From a virus (taxonomy: Duplodnaviria > Caudoviricetes): a DNA stretch of 63,987 nt. The DNA lies in the IMG/VR virus record IMGVR_UViG_3300030419_004603, positions 1 through 63,987 of that record. One strand, written 5' to 3'. Positions 8,377 through 18,704 of the stretch are shown here, one piece after another. Both the position numbers and the translations under genes were made by a program. Every line of letters starts with the position of its first letter. The first letter of the stretch is position 1. The notes beneath the pieces were generated by a model. The model worked only from the letters and a program-made list of their open reading frames with translations, did no database searches and was not told the origin of the DNA.

Positions 8377-10884
8377 TTGTACCAAAATATTTACTACGAT
8401 AGTTCAAAAAGAAAAGTTCACATATGGGATGACAAGAATGGTCATGTTATGGTTCCATTCAAAAAATACGCATATGTAAAAGATAGTTATGGAACTCATG
8501 TTTCCTTGTATGGAGATAAACTCAAAAAGATTTATCGATGGGATAAGGATGTTGAAGGTTTGTTTGAAAGTGATATCAATCCTGAAACAAGAACTCTTAT
8601 CGATATGTATACCGATAGTGACGAACCATCGGTTGGTCATAAGATTATGATAATCGATATCGAGGTTGAAGTAACAGAGGGATTCCCAAATCCTATGAAG
8701 GCCGAAAACAAGATAACATCTATAGCATGTCACGATAATGAAAATGATGTTTATGTCTGTTTTGTCTTAGACGAGGAACACAAACTCGACAAAACTAAAA
8801 AGTGGGGTAAGAGTGAGGTAGTAAAATCTTTCTCTACTGAAGAGAATATGTTGAAGACATTTCTTAAGTATTATCTCAATGTAAAACCTACAATTATAAC
8901 TGGTTGGAACATCGATGGTTTTGACATTCCATATCTTTACAATAGAATTTACAACACGATGGGAGAGGATATTGCTAATTGTCTTTCTCCCATCAATCAT
9001 ATCTACTATAACAAGTATCGAGAACGATATATGATAGCGGGTGTGAGTTGTTTGGATTATCTAGCTCTATATAAAAACTTTACATTTAGTTCTAAACCAA
9101 GTTATAGATTAGATGACATTGGTGTATCTGAAGTTGGAACCTCTAAAATAGAATACAATGGTACACTCAATGACCTGTATGAGAATCATTTAGAAAAGTT
9201 CATTGAATACAACATACACGATGTTAGGATTGTGAAAAAGTTAGATGATAAGTTAGACTTTATAGATGTCGCCAGAGGGATTTGTCATGTAGGTCATGTT
9301 CCGTATGAAGATATACAATATGACTCAAGATTCTTGGAAGGTGCCATATTGGTGTACTTGAAGAAACTTGGTGTTGTAGCTCCTAATAAACCTGAAAGAA
9401 ATGAGGAAGGATTTAAGAAGAAATTTACTGGAGCTTATGTTCAAGACCCACAACGAGGTAAACACGATTGGGTTTATGACTTGGATATTACCTCAATGTA
9501 TCCATCAATTATTATGAGTTTGAATATATCACCTGAAACTAAATTGGGTAAGGTGGTTGGTTGGAAACCTAAAGAATTTATTAGTGGTAAGAATAAAACA
9601 TATAGTATTCAGATGAATGGTAAAACACAAGGTGCATTAACCGAAACCGAACTACAAGATTATTTTGATAAGAATAATGTGTCCATATCCAACAATGGTA
9701 TATTGTATAGAACCGATAAGAAAGGGTTGATACCGACATTGTTATCAAGTTGGTTTGACAAGAGAAAAGAATTTAGAAAGTTAGCCAAGAAGTTTGGTGA
9801 TGAGGGTGACGAAGACCAATATGGATACTTCAATAGACGACAACATATTCAAAAAATTGTGTTGAACTCCATGTATGGTGTTTTGGGTTTACCTGTATTT
9901 AGGTTTTATGATTTGGATAACGCTGAAGCCACTACAAAAACAGGTCAAGAGTTGATTAAGTTTACCAAGAAAATTGGTAATCATTTTTACAATAAGGAGT
10001 TAGGTACTAATAAGGATTATTGTATTTACATTGATACTGATTCGGTATTTTATTCGGCAGTTCCTTTGGTCAAACATAGATTTCCAAATAAAGATTTGAG
10101 TGATGTGATGATGACTCAGAGAATTAACGAGATAGCAACTGAGGTTCAAGGTTATCTCAACAATAGTTATAATTACTTTGCTAAAAAGTTCTGTAATCTT
10201 GATATTCATAGATTTGAGATTAAGCAGGAGATTGTAGCAAAGGCTGGTTTGTTCATCGTGAAGAAACGATATGGTATGAAGATTATATCGGATAATGGTG
10301 TTCAAGTGAATAAAACTATGGTAAAGGGTTTGGACACGGTTCGTAGTAACTTTGCCCCAGCCTTTAGAAAGTTATTGGCTGATGTATTGGATGATATTTT
10401 AATGAGTGTACCAAAGGATAAGATTGACCATAGGATTTTGAGGTTCAAAAAGAATATGAAATATAATCCATTGGATGAGATTTCATCACCAACTGGTGTA
10501 AAGGGGATATGGAAATACTTACAGAGAAATGATGAGTCCACCACCGTATTTAGTGAAACCAAAAAGGGATGTCCTGTTCATGTAAAGGCAGCAATAGCAT
10601 ATAATGATTTGGTTAGACATTTCAAACAAGATAACAAATATGGTTTTATCAACAATGGTGATAAGATTAGGTGGGTGTATTTGAAGAACAATCCGTTGGG
10701 ATTAAAGGTAGTGGCTTACAAGGGTTATGAAGACCCACCTGAGATTATGCAATTTATCAGAGATACGATGGACATAGATAAAATCTACGACCAAGCTATG
10801 ACGAAGAAAATAAAGATGTTCTACGATAGTTTGAATTGGGGAAAACCAGTCGATAAGGAACAAACAATAGAAAGATTTTTTTAA
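8377..10884 (+). CDS. family B DNA polymerase (T4 gp43-like)
   Basis: ExoI DIEV, GWNIDGFDIPY, YNIHDV, DITSMYPS, KIVLNSMYG, YIDTDS, KKRY. TTG start after AGGAG. Confidence 0.95.
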   Translation: MYQNIYYDSSKRKVHIWDDKNGHVMVPFKKYAYVKDSYGTHVSLYGDKLKKIYRWDKDVEGLFESDINPETRTLIDMYTDSDEPSVGHKIMIIDIEVEVTEGFPNPMKAENKITSIACHDNENDVYVCFVLDEEHKLDKTKKWGKSEVVKSFSTEENMLKTFLKYYLNVKPTIITGWNIDGFDIPYLYNRIYNTMGEDIANCLSPINHIYYNKYRERYMIAGVSCLDYLALYKNFTFSSKPSYRLDDIGVSEVGTSKIEYNGTLNDLYENHLEKFIEYNIHDVRIVKKLDDKLDFIDVARGICHVGHVPYEDIQYDSRFLEGAILVYLKKLGVVAPNKPERNEEGFKKKFTGAYVQDPQRGKHDWVYDLDITSMYPSIIMSLNISPETKLGKVVGWKPKEFISGKNKTYSIQMNGKTQGALTETELQDYFDKNNVSISNNGILYRTDKKGLIPTLLSSWFDKRKEFRKLAKKFGDEGDEDQYGYFNRRQHIQKIVLNSMYGVLGLPVFRFYDLDNAEATTKTGQELIKFTKKIGNHFYNKELGTNKDYCIYIDTDSVFYSAVPLVKHRFPNKDLSDVMMTQRINEIATEVQGYLNNSYNYFAKKFCNLDIHRFEIKQEIVAKAGLFIVKKRYGMKIISDNGVQVNKTMVKGLDTVRSNFAPAFRKLLADVLDDILMSVPKDKIDHRILRFKKNMKYNPLDEISSPTGVKGIWKYLQRNDESTTVFSETKKGCPVHVKAAIAYNDLVRHFKQDNKYGFINNGDKIRWVYLKNNPLGLKVVAYKGYEDPPEIMQFIRDTMDIDKIYDQAMTKKIKMFYDSLNWGKPVDKEQTIERFF

Positions 10885-10938
10885 TTTTGAAGAAACTTGT
10901 ATATATGTATATACAGAATATTAAGGAGAAAATGACAA

Positions 10939-11658
10939 ATGGAAAAAACCAAATTAACTCGGTTTATAGAAAAATACCACTTAAGTGGTAATGTAAATGC
11001 CGTGGTTATTAATAGTAACAATAGTAAATTATCAACTCGATTCATAACAGGTGATAAATCACTTTTAGGTGAATTAAGTTGTGATAAATTTACTTTCGAA
11101 GATACTGAACTTGGTGTTTATGATACAGAACAATTAAGTAAACTTTTAAGTGTACTTAGTGATGATGTGTCTTACAATGTTTCTAAAAGTGGTGATAAGG
11201 CGATAGCTCTTGAGGTCAATGACCAACATTCAAGTGTAAACTTTATGTTGAGTGATAAATCAGTTATCAACCAACCACCAGCATTAAAAACATTACCTGA
11301 GTTTCAAGTCAAAATAAAAGTTGATAGACAATTCATTACAAGGTTTGTAAGTGGTAAAAGTGCTCTAAGTGATACTGAAACATTTACTGTGCTAAGTGAT
11401 GGAACTGATACAAAGGTTGTAATAGGTTACGCTTCAATCAACACAAATAGAGTCACTATTCCTGTTGTTACAACGGAATCATCTGAGATAAAAAATGTTA
11501 GTTTTAACGCTAACTTATTTAAAGATGTATTGGTTGCTAATAAAGAATGTGAAAGTGCTACACTTGAGGTAAGTGAAGGTGGACTAGCTAAAATCAATTT
11601 TAGTGTTGATGATTACGATGTAACTTACTACTTAGTAGCAGTTCAGGATGTCGATTAA
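10939..11658 (+). CDS. DNA sliding clamp (gp45/PCNA-like)
   Basis: 239 aa directly after PolB. LGVYDTEQL and C-terminal ATLEVSEGGLAKINF..VTYYLVA fit phage clamps. Confidence 0.8.
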   Translation: MEKTKLTRFIEKYHLSGNVNAVVINSNNSKLSTRFITGDKSLLGELSCDKFTFEDTELGVYDTEQLSKLLSVLSDDVSYNVSKSGDKAIALEVNDQHSSVNFMLSDKSVINQPPALKTLPEFQVKIKVDRQFITRFVSGKSALSDTETFTVLSDGTDTKVVIGYASINTNRVTIPVVTTESSEIKNVSFNANLFKDVLVANKECESATLEVSEGGLAKINFSVDDYDVTYYLVAVQDVD

Positions 11659-12625
11659 TCTTGATAACTTTCCAACTTTTAACGAAGAACATTTCCACGA
11701 TTGGGTAAATCAATTAACTCCAATTGAAGAGTATAAAGGTTATAGATTAAAACGAGATGACCAATTTAATCTTGGTGGTATTAGTGGTGGTAAGGTTAGA
11801 CAATGTGCCAAACTCGTTTATGATAATTTACAACATATAAAAGAAAATTGTAATGGTGGGATACTAACAGCTGCTGGTATTCCATCACCTCAATCTTGTA
11901 TTACAAGTGCGGTAGCAAAATACTTTGGATTAAAGTGTATCATTACTATTCCACATTATCCTGACCATATCAGAGATAGTTACAGAATAAATGCTTCGTT
12001 ATCACAAAAATTAGGGGCTAAAGTTTACGGAGTTGGAAATCCGAACATATCAGGTCCTGAACTTGATGCTAAAAAACTCGTTGGTGAAACAGGTTACTTT
12101 CAGATAAAATTTGGAATGAATGGGTTTCAAGTCATGAATACTGTTGCCCAACAAGTGAAGAATGTACCTGATGATGTAGAAACAATTGTTGGTATAGCAG
12201 GAAGTGGTCTATCAATGTTGGGTGTTGCTATGGGATGTAAAATATGGAACAAGAATGTCAAGACAATCAATCCTGTGGCACTTAGTGATTATGTGAATAA
12301 AAACAAAAAACAATCATACGATAATTTACCTGACAAATATAAATTCGATGGAGATTTCAATGTGGTTCAGAGTTATTATCCATATCAACATAAACTCAAG
12401 TTGGATGAGGAGATACAACTTGACCAAACATATGAAGCGAAAGCTTGGGATTGGATGGTCAAGAATATAAAACCATCTAAAAAGGTATTGTTTTGGGATG
12501 TTGGTATTAAAGAATATGATTTGAATTACATTGAACCCATCAAGTGGTATAAATCTGAATATGAAACTATTATTGATAGAGAAATGAGAAGAAAACATGA
12601 ACAAATCGAACACAACTTTTTCTAA
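11648..12625 (+). CDS. PLP-dependent fold-type II enzyme (ACC deaminase / D-cysteine desulfhydrase-like)
   Basis: LKRDD...SGGKVRQ (Schiff-base Lys), VGIAGSGLS phosphate loop, LDQTYEAKAW. Confidence 0.82.
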   Translation: MSINLDNFPTFNEEHFHDWVNQLTPIEEYKGYRLKRDDQFNLGGISGGKVRQCAKLVYDNLQHIKENCNGGILTAAGIPSPQSCITSAVAKYFGLKCIITIPHYPDHIRDSYRINASLSQKLGAKVYGVGNPNISGPELDAKKLVGETGYFQIKFGMNGFQVMNTVAQQVKNVPDDVETIVGIAGSGLSMLGVAMGCKIWNKNVKTINPVALSDYVNKNKKQSYDNLPDKYKFDGDFNVVQSYYPYQHKLKLDEEIQLDQTYEAKAWDWMVKNIKPSKKVLFWDVGIKEYDLNYIEPIKWYKSEYETIIDREMRRKHEQIEHNFF

Positions 12626-13145
12626 GGCTTGGTTAGAAAAGAAGATAATGTGTGGTTTATGTAACTTCGGTTGTTGCAATCACAAATCTTTCCATGTAGA
12701 GATTACAGAGGAAGAACAAGAAAAGTATAGAAAGAAGTTTGGGTTGGATTTAGAACTTGAGTGGTCACAAGATGGATGTTGTGATTTATTAAGTGATGAT
12801 GGTTCTGGCTGTAGCTTAGGTGATGAGAGACCTGCCTTCTGTAAGATGTATCCATTAGAAGAAAATAAGGCTGGTCGTATTGTGATTGGTAATTGGGCAT
12901 ACCTACATTGTCCGAAACCACAAGATTATGAATTAGATAAAGTGGTCGATGGGAAATATCATTACAAGTTAAAACGGAAACACAAGAATAAACGAGATGA
13001 ATTGATATTGGATGATAAGATAGAAAATGTAGTCACAGAAATATGGTTACAATCTAAGGAGGCACTCGTTGATACCTATGGAGAGGAATTTTACCAAAGG
13101 ATAAAAATAGATATGAAACAAACAATCAAACACGAGTTTTTTTAA
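12597..13145 (+). CDS. YkgJ/CxxCxxCC-family cysteine-cluster (Fe-S or Zn) protein
   Basis: CGLCNFGCC ... GCCDLL..GCSL..ERPAFCKMYP ... HCP. Confidence 0.75.
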   Translation: MNKSNTTFSKAWLEKKIMCGLCNFGCCNHKSFHVEITEEEQEKYRKKFGLDLELEWSQDGCCDLLSDDGSGCSLGDERPAFCKMYPLEENKAGRIVIGNWAYLHCPKPQDYELDKVVDGKYHYKLKRKHKNKRDELILDDKIENVVTEIWLQSKEALVDTYGEEFYQRIKIDMKQTIKHEFF

Positions 13146-14362
13146 TGTATTTAGATTACTTTGATAAGTTTTACAATATGAAACCATACCTTGAAATCAA
13201 TGAAAAGGAGTGGGAATATATTAAAGAAACATTTGATAAAGAGGATGTAAAAGAGAGTCTTGCTAAAGTTGCTATGACATACCCACTACCATATCCTGAT
13301 TTGACCGAAAAGAAGGCATACAAGGATTTTCAAAAACTTAAAGGTATGAAGTGGAACGAAATTATGGTCGAGGGTGATTGGTATGCAAGAGAGGGAACCG
13401 AATACTCATATGATTTACTACATGATGGAAAGCCATTATATTTTAAAAGATTAAATGCTGGTAATATATCGAGTAATTACTTTCAAATAAAAAATAGATG
13501 GAGTGTTGATGGTTCGGTTTCACCCGGCCCAAAAAGAACTTGGGAAAGTGAAAAGTTTATGACCACACTTATGGGGAGTGCTTACTCATTGAAGATGCCT
13601 AAGATTACAAAAAATATACTGAGAACCATGATTGGTTTGAGAAAGTACATCTGTAGTCAATTCAAACCTAATGTTGCTAAGATAATTTACGATATGTTCA
13701 AGTCTGAAAATATACTTGATTTTTCAATGGGTTGGGGTGATAGACTTGCTGGATTCTACGCAAGTGAATATGGAAAACATTATGTTGGTTTAGACCCAAG
13801 AAAGGAGAATCACCCTATATACAAGGAACAATCAAAGTTTTACCAAAAACATTTGGGATTCTTTGAACATGATAGAAAGTGTGATTTTCATTGTAGTCCC
13901 GCAGAAGATTTTGACTTCGCCCCGTACAAAGAACATTTTGACATGGTATTTACGAGTCCACCATACTTTAGTGTTGAACGCTATAGTTACGATGATACAC
14001 AAAGTTGGGTTAGATACAAAGACATAGACGATTGGAATAAAGATTTCTTACATTCGACCTTGGGTAAACTTTGGGATAGTGTCAAAAAAGGTGGTTATGT
14101 ATTAATCAATATAAGTGATGTTTATTCAAATGCTAAGTGGAGTACCGACAGAGGATGGTTGGAGATTTGTAATCCAATGAATGATTACCTTTCAAAACTT
14201 GGAACCTATCAAGGTTGTATTGGTATGGAGATGGCTAAGAGACCTAATAGTGGTGGAGCTGGAACGGCTAAAAGTTACGAGGGTTCGGTTTGGACGGAGA
14301 AGTCACTTGAGAATAAAGAAGATAAGAAATTTGGAGAACCTATTTGGGTATGGAAAAAATAA
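13145..14362 (+). CDS. amino (N6A/N4C) DNA methyltransferase-like protein, paralog 1
   Basis: SAM motif ILDFSMGWGDRLAG followed by FTSPPYF. Confidence 0.8.
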   Translation: MYLDYFDKFYNMKPYLEINEKEWEYIKETFDKEDVKESLAKVAMTYPLPYPDLTEKKAYKDFQKLKGMKWNEIMVEGDWYAREGTEYSYDLLHDGKPLYFKRLNAGNISSNYFQIKNRWSVDGSVSPGPKRTWESEKFMTTLMGSAYSLKMPKITKNILRTMIGLRKYICSQFKPNVAKIIYDMFKSENILDFSMGWGDRLAGFYASEYGKHYVGLDPRKENHPIYKEQSKFYQKHLGFFEHDRKCDFHCSPAEDFDFAPYKEHFDMVFTSPPYFSVERYSYDDTQSWVRYKDIDDWNKDFLHSTLGKLWDSVKKGGYVLINISDVYSNAKWSTDRGWLEICNPMNDYLSKLGTYQGCIGMEMAKRPNSGGAGTAKSYEGSVWTEKSLENKEDKKFGEPIWVWKK

Positions 14363-15561
14363 CTGATTACTTCAAAAAATTCTACAATATGGAACCATAC
14401 CTATTTATTGATGAAAAGGAATGGAAGTATATTTTAGAGACATACGAAAAGGATGATGTTATAGAGGAGTTATCTAAGGCTCTACACACATACCCATGTC
14501 CTATACCTGAGATATCAGAGAAAGATACTTTAAAAAGTTTGAACAAACTAAAGGGTGTGAAATGGCCTGATTTACTAATTGAGGGTAAATGGTTTCCAAG
14601 AAACGAAAGGGATACCAAATATGAACTCACACCAAAGTATTTCAAACGAGATAATAAAGGAAATAATGCTTCCAATCCGTTTCACATAGAGACAAGATGG
14701 AAGGTGGATTGGACAAGGATGCCAAGTGGATGGAAAACATGGCAGACCGTCAAGGGAATAAAAACTATTGTGAGAGCCTACTATACTTTAGACAAGGTGT
14801 TACTCAAGGTGGATTTACAATCAATACGAATGGCAACAACATTGAGAAAGTATGTGGCATCACAATTCAAACCAAGTATAGCAAAGGCATTTTATGACTA
14901 TTTTGGAAGTGTTAATGTACTCGACTTTAGTGCTGGTTGGGGTGATAGGTTGGCTGGGTTTTATTGTGGAGAAACTACAAAATCATTCGTTGGGATTGAC
15001 CCCAACTCTACCAATCATCCAAACTATAAAAGACAAGTTGAGTTTTATAAAAAACATCAAACATTCTTCGAGGAACAAAAACAAGTAGAGTTAATCTGTA
15101 GTCCAGCAGAAGATGTGGATTACTCAAAATATGAAAATTATTTTGATATGATATTCACTTCACCACCTTATTTTGATGTCGAAAAGTATAGTGATGAGGA
15201 TACGCAGAGTTACAAGAGATACACCACAATCGATAGCTGGAATGAGAACTTCTTACACAAGACCATTGGTAAATTGATACCGACATTGAAGAAAGATGGA
15301 ACACTTGCTATAAATATTGCAGATGTCTACCACGAGTCCGTGAAAGGTTATGTTGACATTACAAATTCCATGAATGACTTTATAAAATCACAAGGACTAA
15401 AATATGAAGGGTGTATCGGAATGGAAATGACTAAAAGGTTTAATTCTGCTGGTGCTGGTAAGGCAGTAAGTGATTACTACGCCGATAATTTAAAAGAAAA
15501 GGCAAAGATTACAGAGAATATGGCATTTGGTGAACCGATTTGGATTTGGAAAAAAAAGTGA
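14350..15561 (+). CDS. amino (N6A/N4C) DNA methyltransferase-like protein, paralog 2
   Basis: VLDFSAGWGDRLAG, FTSPPYF; colinear with the upstream gene. ATG at 14350. Confidence 0.8.
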   Translation: MEKITDYFKKFYNMEPYLFIDEKEWKYILETYEKDDVIEELSKALHTYPCPIPEISEKDTLKSLNKLKGVKWPDLLIEGKWFPRNERDTKYELTPKYFKRDNKGNNASNPFHIETRWKVDWTRMPSGWKTWQTVKGIKTIVRAYYTLDKVLLKVDLQSIRMATTLRKYVASQFKPSIAKAFYDYFGSVNVLDFSAGWGDRLAGFYCGETTKSFVGIDPNSTNHPNYKRQVEFYKKHQTFFEEQKQVELICSPAEDVDYSKYENYFDMIFTSPPYFDVEKYSDEDTQSYKRYTTIDSWNENFLHKTIGKLIPTLKKDGTLAINIADVYHESVKGYVDITNSMNDFIKSQGLKYEGCIGMEMTKRFNSAGAGKAVSDYYADNLKEKAKITENMAFGEPIWIWKKK

Positions 15562-15602
15562 TTAACAAGTTGGATGATAATATTTATTAAAAAAGAGGTT
15601 AT

Positions 15603-16520
15603 ATGACAGAACACACATTATGGGTTGAAAAACATCGACCAAAAACACTCGATACATATATTGGAAATGAACAACTGAAAAGTAAAGTTCAAGTTTATTT
15701 GGATAGTGGAGATTTACCACATCTTTTGTTATTTGGTAAGGCTGGAACTGGTAAGACCACATTAGCCAAATTACTCGTCAATAATATAGATTGTGATTAT
15801 CTATACATCAACGCTTCAGATGAAAATAATGTGGAAACCGTCAGAAGTAAGGTCAAGAACTTTGCCTCCACTATGGGATTTAAGGATTACAAGGTTATTA
15901 TCTTGGATGAGTGTGATTACATCACACCTAACGCACAAGCCGCCCTTCGTAATCTAATGGAAACATTTAGTAAACATTGTAGGTTCATCTTGACTTGTAA
16001 TTTCGTAGAGAGAATAATTGACCCGATACAATCTCGTTGTCAATCTTTTCAAGTGATACCACCAAATAAGAATGATGTAGCAAAACATCTACATAATATA
16101 TTGACTCAAGAGAATGTTAGTTACAATAGAGAGGATTTAGGTATATTAGTTAATAGTGGTTATCCTGATATCAGAAGAGTTATCAACGGAGCTCAAAGAC
16201 AATCACTTGGTGGTAAATTAACAATTGATAAACAGAGTATCGTTGAGAATGACTACAAGATGAAGTTGTTGGAGATACTCAAGACACAAGATAGAAAAAA
16301 CGCCTTCAAGAACATTCGTCAGTTGATGGCAGACGCAAAGGTTACAGACTTCGCAGACTTATTTAGACTTTTATATGACGAAGTTGATAGTTATGGTAAA
16401 GGTCATGTAGCTGATTGTATCTTGATTATTGCTAAATATGAATTAAGTGATTCACAAGTGGTGGATAAAGAAATCAACGCCATGGCTATGTTGATAGAAA
16501 TTTTAAGTGTTATTAAATAA
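15603..16520 (+). CDS. clamp loader AAA+ subunit (T4 gp44 / RFC-like)
   Basis: WVEKHRP, GKAGTGKTT, INASD, ILDECD, LRNLME, IQSRC. Confidence 0.93.
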   Translation: MTEHTLWVEKHRPKTLDTYIGNEQLKSKVQVYLDSGDLPHLLLFGKAGTGKTTLAKLLVNNIDCDYLYINASDENNVETVRSKVKNFASTMGFKDYKVIILDECDYITPNAQAALRNLMETFSKHCRFILTCNFVERIIDPIQSRCQSFQVIPPNKNDVAKHLHNILTQENVSYNREDLGILVNSGYPDIRRVINGAQRQSLGGKLTIDKQSIVENDYKMKLLEILKTQDRKNAFKNIRQLMADAKVTDFADLFRLLYDEVDSYGKGHVADCILIIAKYELSDSQVVDKEINAMAMLIEILSVIK

Positions 16521-16529
16521 GGAGTTATA

Positions 16530-16736
16530 ATGTACTTTGAAGCAACTGTTGTATTCATAGAAGAAATACAAATGAAAAATGGTGTCAAAGAAAAGAAAGT
16601 CAGAAGAAGTTATTTAGTGGAATGTGATTCGGTTAGTGTTGCAGAAGCAAAAGTAAATGAATGGTTAAAAGATTCGGCGTTCGTCTTTGAAACAATCTTA
16701 GTTAAACAATCAAAAATAGTGGATGTAATAGAATAA
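16530..16736 (+). CDS. DUF4494-like small protein
   Basis: YFEATV..NGVKEKKVRRSYLVECDSVSVAEAKV resembles DUF4494 from memory. AGGAG SD. Confidence 0.6.
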   Translation: MYFEATVVFIEEIQMKNGVKEKKVRRSYLVECDSVSVAEAKVNEWLKDSAFVFETILVKQSKIVDVIE

Positions 16737-17338
16737 TGGAAAGACATTGGGGTGAGAAATCACCGAAAAAAACAAGTGTAAACTCGTCTGCCAAATCAGA
16801 GAAACATATTTCGGTTCACGAGAATAAAATTTATTATTATTCAAGTGTCAATCGAGATAGTGCCGTAGAACTTAATAAGAAAATAGGTGAGATTGAATCA
16901 AAGAGTTTAACATTATGTAATACTTTAGATTTAGACCAACCACCTACTTGTAGAATATACATAAATTCAGGTGGTGGTTCAGTTGTAAGTGGTATTTCAT
17001 CTATGGATACAATATTAAGAACAAAAGTTCCAATTCATACATATGTAGATGGATTTGCCGCTAGTGCAGCAACATTCCTATCTGTGGTTGGTAATTATAG
17101 ATTTATGAGTAGAAACTCGTATATGTTGATTCATCAATTATCAAGTTCATTTTGGGGTACATATTCCAATTTTGAAGACGAGAAGCAAAATCTTGATTTG
17201 ATGATGAAAACTATCAAAAATGTGTACAAAAAATACACAAAAGTTCCAATGAAAAAACTTGATGAGATATTAAAACACGATTTACTGTGGGATGCAGAAA
17301 CTTGTTTAAAATTTGGATTGATTGATGAAATTATTTAA
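16736..17338 (+). CDS. clpP: ClpP-family serine protease, paralog A
   Basis: INSGGGSV, AASAA (Ser), MLIHQ (His), HDLLWDAETC..GLIDEI (Asp region). Confidence 0.85.
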   Translation: MERHWGEKSPKKTSVNSSAKSEKHISVHENKIYYYSSVNRDSAVELNKKIGEIESKSLTLCNTLDLDQPPTCRIYINSGGGSVVSGISSMDTILRTKVPIHTYVDGFAASAATFLSVVGNYRFMSRNSYMLIHQLSSSFWGTYSNFEDEKQNLDLMMKTIKNVYKKYTKVPMKKLDEILKHDLLWDAETCLKFGLIDEII

Positions 17339-17347
17339 GGAGTAAAA

Positions 17348-17629
17348 ATGGCTAAAAGAAAATTTAGACCACAAGGTGGTCAACCCAAACCTGAACCTCA
17401 AGGTGTCAAACTTGATTTATCACAGGCGGATACAATGAAGTGTGAAGATTGTGGAAACTATGTTTGGATAAAGGCAACTATAATTAAACGAATATCTGCA
17501 CTTATGAGTCCAACTGGTCAAGAGGCACTTGCACCAATAGATATCTATAGTTGTGGAAATTGTGGTAAAGTACCATCGAGTATGTTGAAAGATGTTGGAT
17601 TAGAGGTACAACCTAATTTGATGGGGTGA
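17348..17629 (+). CDS. zinc-ribbon hypothetical protein
   Basis: CEDCG and CGNCG pairs; AGGAG SD. Confidence 0.7.
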   Translation: MAKRKFRPQGGQPKPEPQGVKLDLSQADTMKCEDCGNYVWIKATIIKRISALMSPTGQEALAPIDIYSCGNCGKVPSSMLKDVGLEVQPNLMG

Positions 17630-18171
17630 TGAATAATACTATTGAGTGTCTAACACCAGATGTAAAATGGTTTACAAGAACCTTACCACCATGTGTCATT
17701 AAATACAAAATTAAAGATGAACAATTATTATCGTCTTTGATAGATGCTGTAGATTCAGATGGTGATAGAATGAGACATCAGACAAACCTAGCATGTGCTA
17801 TGACAAGTTATAGGTCACAAGAATACTCAACTCACAAATCATCCTTTGAAAATACAATAAACCTATTTTCGGACATATTCGAACAAAATAACTTAAAGAT
17901 AGAGGTAGTCGATATTTGGGTGGCAAAATATGTTAGTCAAGACTATGCTAAAAAACATAATCATGGTGATGCTTTATGGTCTTTTTGTATTTATTTAAAT
18001 GAAGGTAAAGATTTTCCACCAATAGAATTAGAGGGTTATGGTAAGGTAAAGGCCGAAAGGGGACTTGTAATATTTTTTCCCTCTTGGGTTTTTCATTGGG
18101 TAGAATCTAAAGAATTTGAAGGTGCACGATATGTATGTGCAGGTAATATTTATACTAAAGGTCAAAGATGA
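17629..18171 (+). CDS. 2OG-Fe(II) oxygenase (HxH type)
   Basis: HNHGDA, SFCIYL, IFFPSWVFHWV, RYVCAGN. Confidence 0.8.
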   Translation: MNNTIECLTPDVKWFTRTLPPCVIKYKIKDEQLLSSLIDAVDSDGDRMRHQTNLACAMTSYRSQEYSTHKSSFENTINLFSDIFEQNNLKIEVVDIWVAKYVSQDYAKKHNHGDALWSFCIYLNEGKDFPPIELEGYGKVKAERGLVIFFPSWVFHWVESKEFEGARYVCAGNIYTKGQR

Positions 18172-18704
18172 ATCAAGTTATACCTAATATAATAGGCCCA
18201 TTAATTTATTTAAACGCCGATAATTTTTTATTAGAGGACATTTTATCAAACGAAGATTATTTTGAAAATGATGGATTTCATGAAATAATCGAACATCATT
18301 TGAGTAATTTTGCTCAACACATAATAAAATCAGGTTTCAGTTGGAATTATAAAGAGCATCCTAATTTATCTAAGGATAGAGTATTACAAAAATATAATTT
18401 TTATTATAATTTTAGTGATAAAAAATATAATACAAAAATTTTTTACTATCGTTCATTTTTACAGGATGGTATTGATACATCACGAGGAATGGAGTTCATG
18501 TACAAACCAAAAGGTTTTTTTCAACGAGAGGTTACGATTTTACCCAAATTAAATGACAAATCATTATTTATTTTTGATGATTCTTTTGAGGCCAGTATCA
18601 ATCCAACATATCAATGGAGTTTAGATGTGACATTAGAAAAAAAATCAGGTTATAAAAAAATATATCAAGGAGAACAATATGATAAGAACACAATTAGGAC
18701 TTAG
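18168..18704 (+). CDS. hypothetical protein
   Basis: 178-aa ORF overlapping both neighbours; no recognised motif. Confidence 0.6.
   Translation: MNQVIPNIIGPLIYLNADNFLLEDILSNEDYFENDGFHEIIEHHLSNFAQHIIKSGFSWNYKEHPNLSKDRVLQKYNFYYNFSDKKYNTKIFYYRSFLQDGIDTSRGMEFMYKPKGFFQREVTILPKLNDKSLFIFDDSFEASINPTYQWSLDVTLEKKSGYKKIYQGEQYDKNTIRT

Noticed and set aside
11648-12625. ACC deaminase as a plant/alga-interaction auxiliary gene
   Set aside because: Only the fold-level motifs match; its position between clamp and MTases and its FF tail favour another role.
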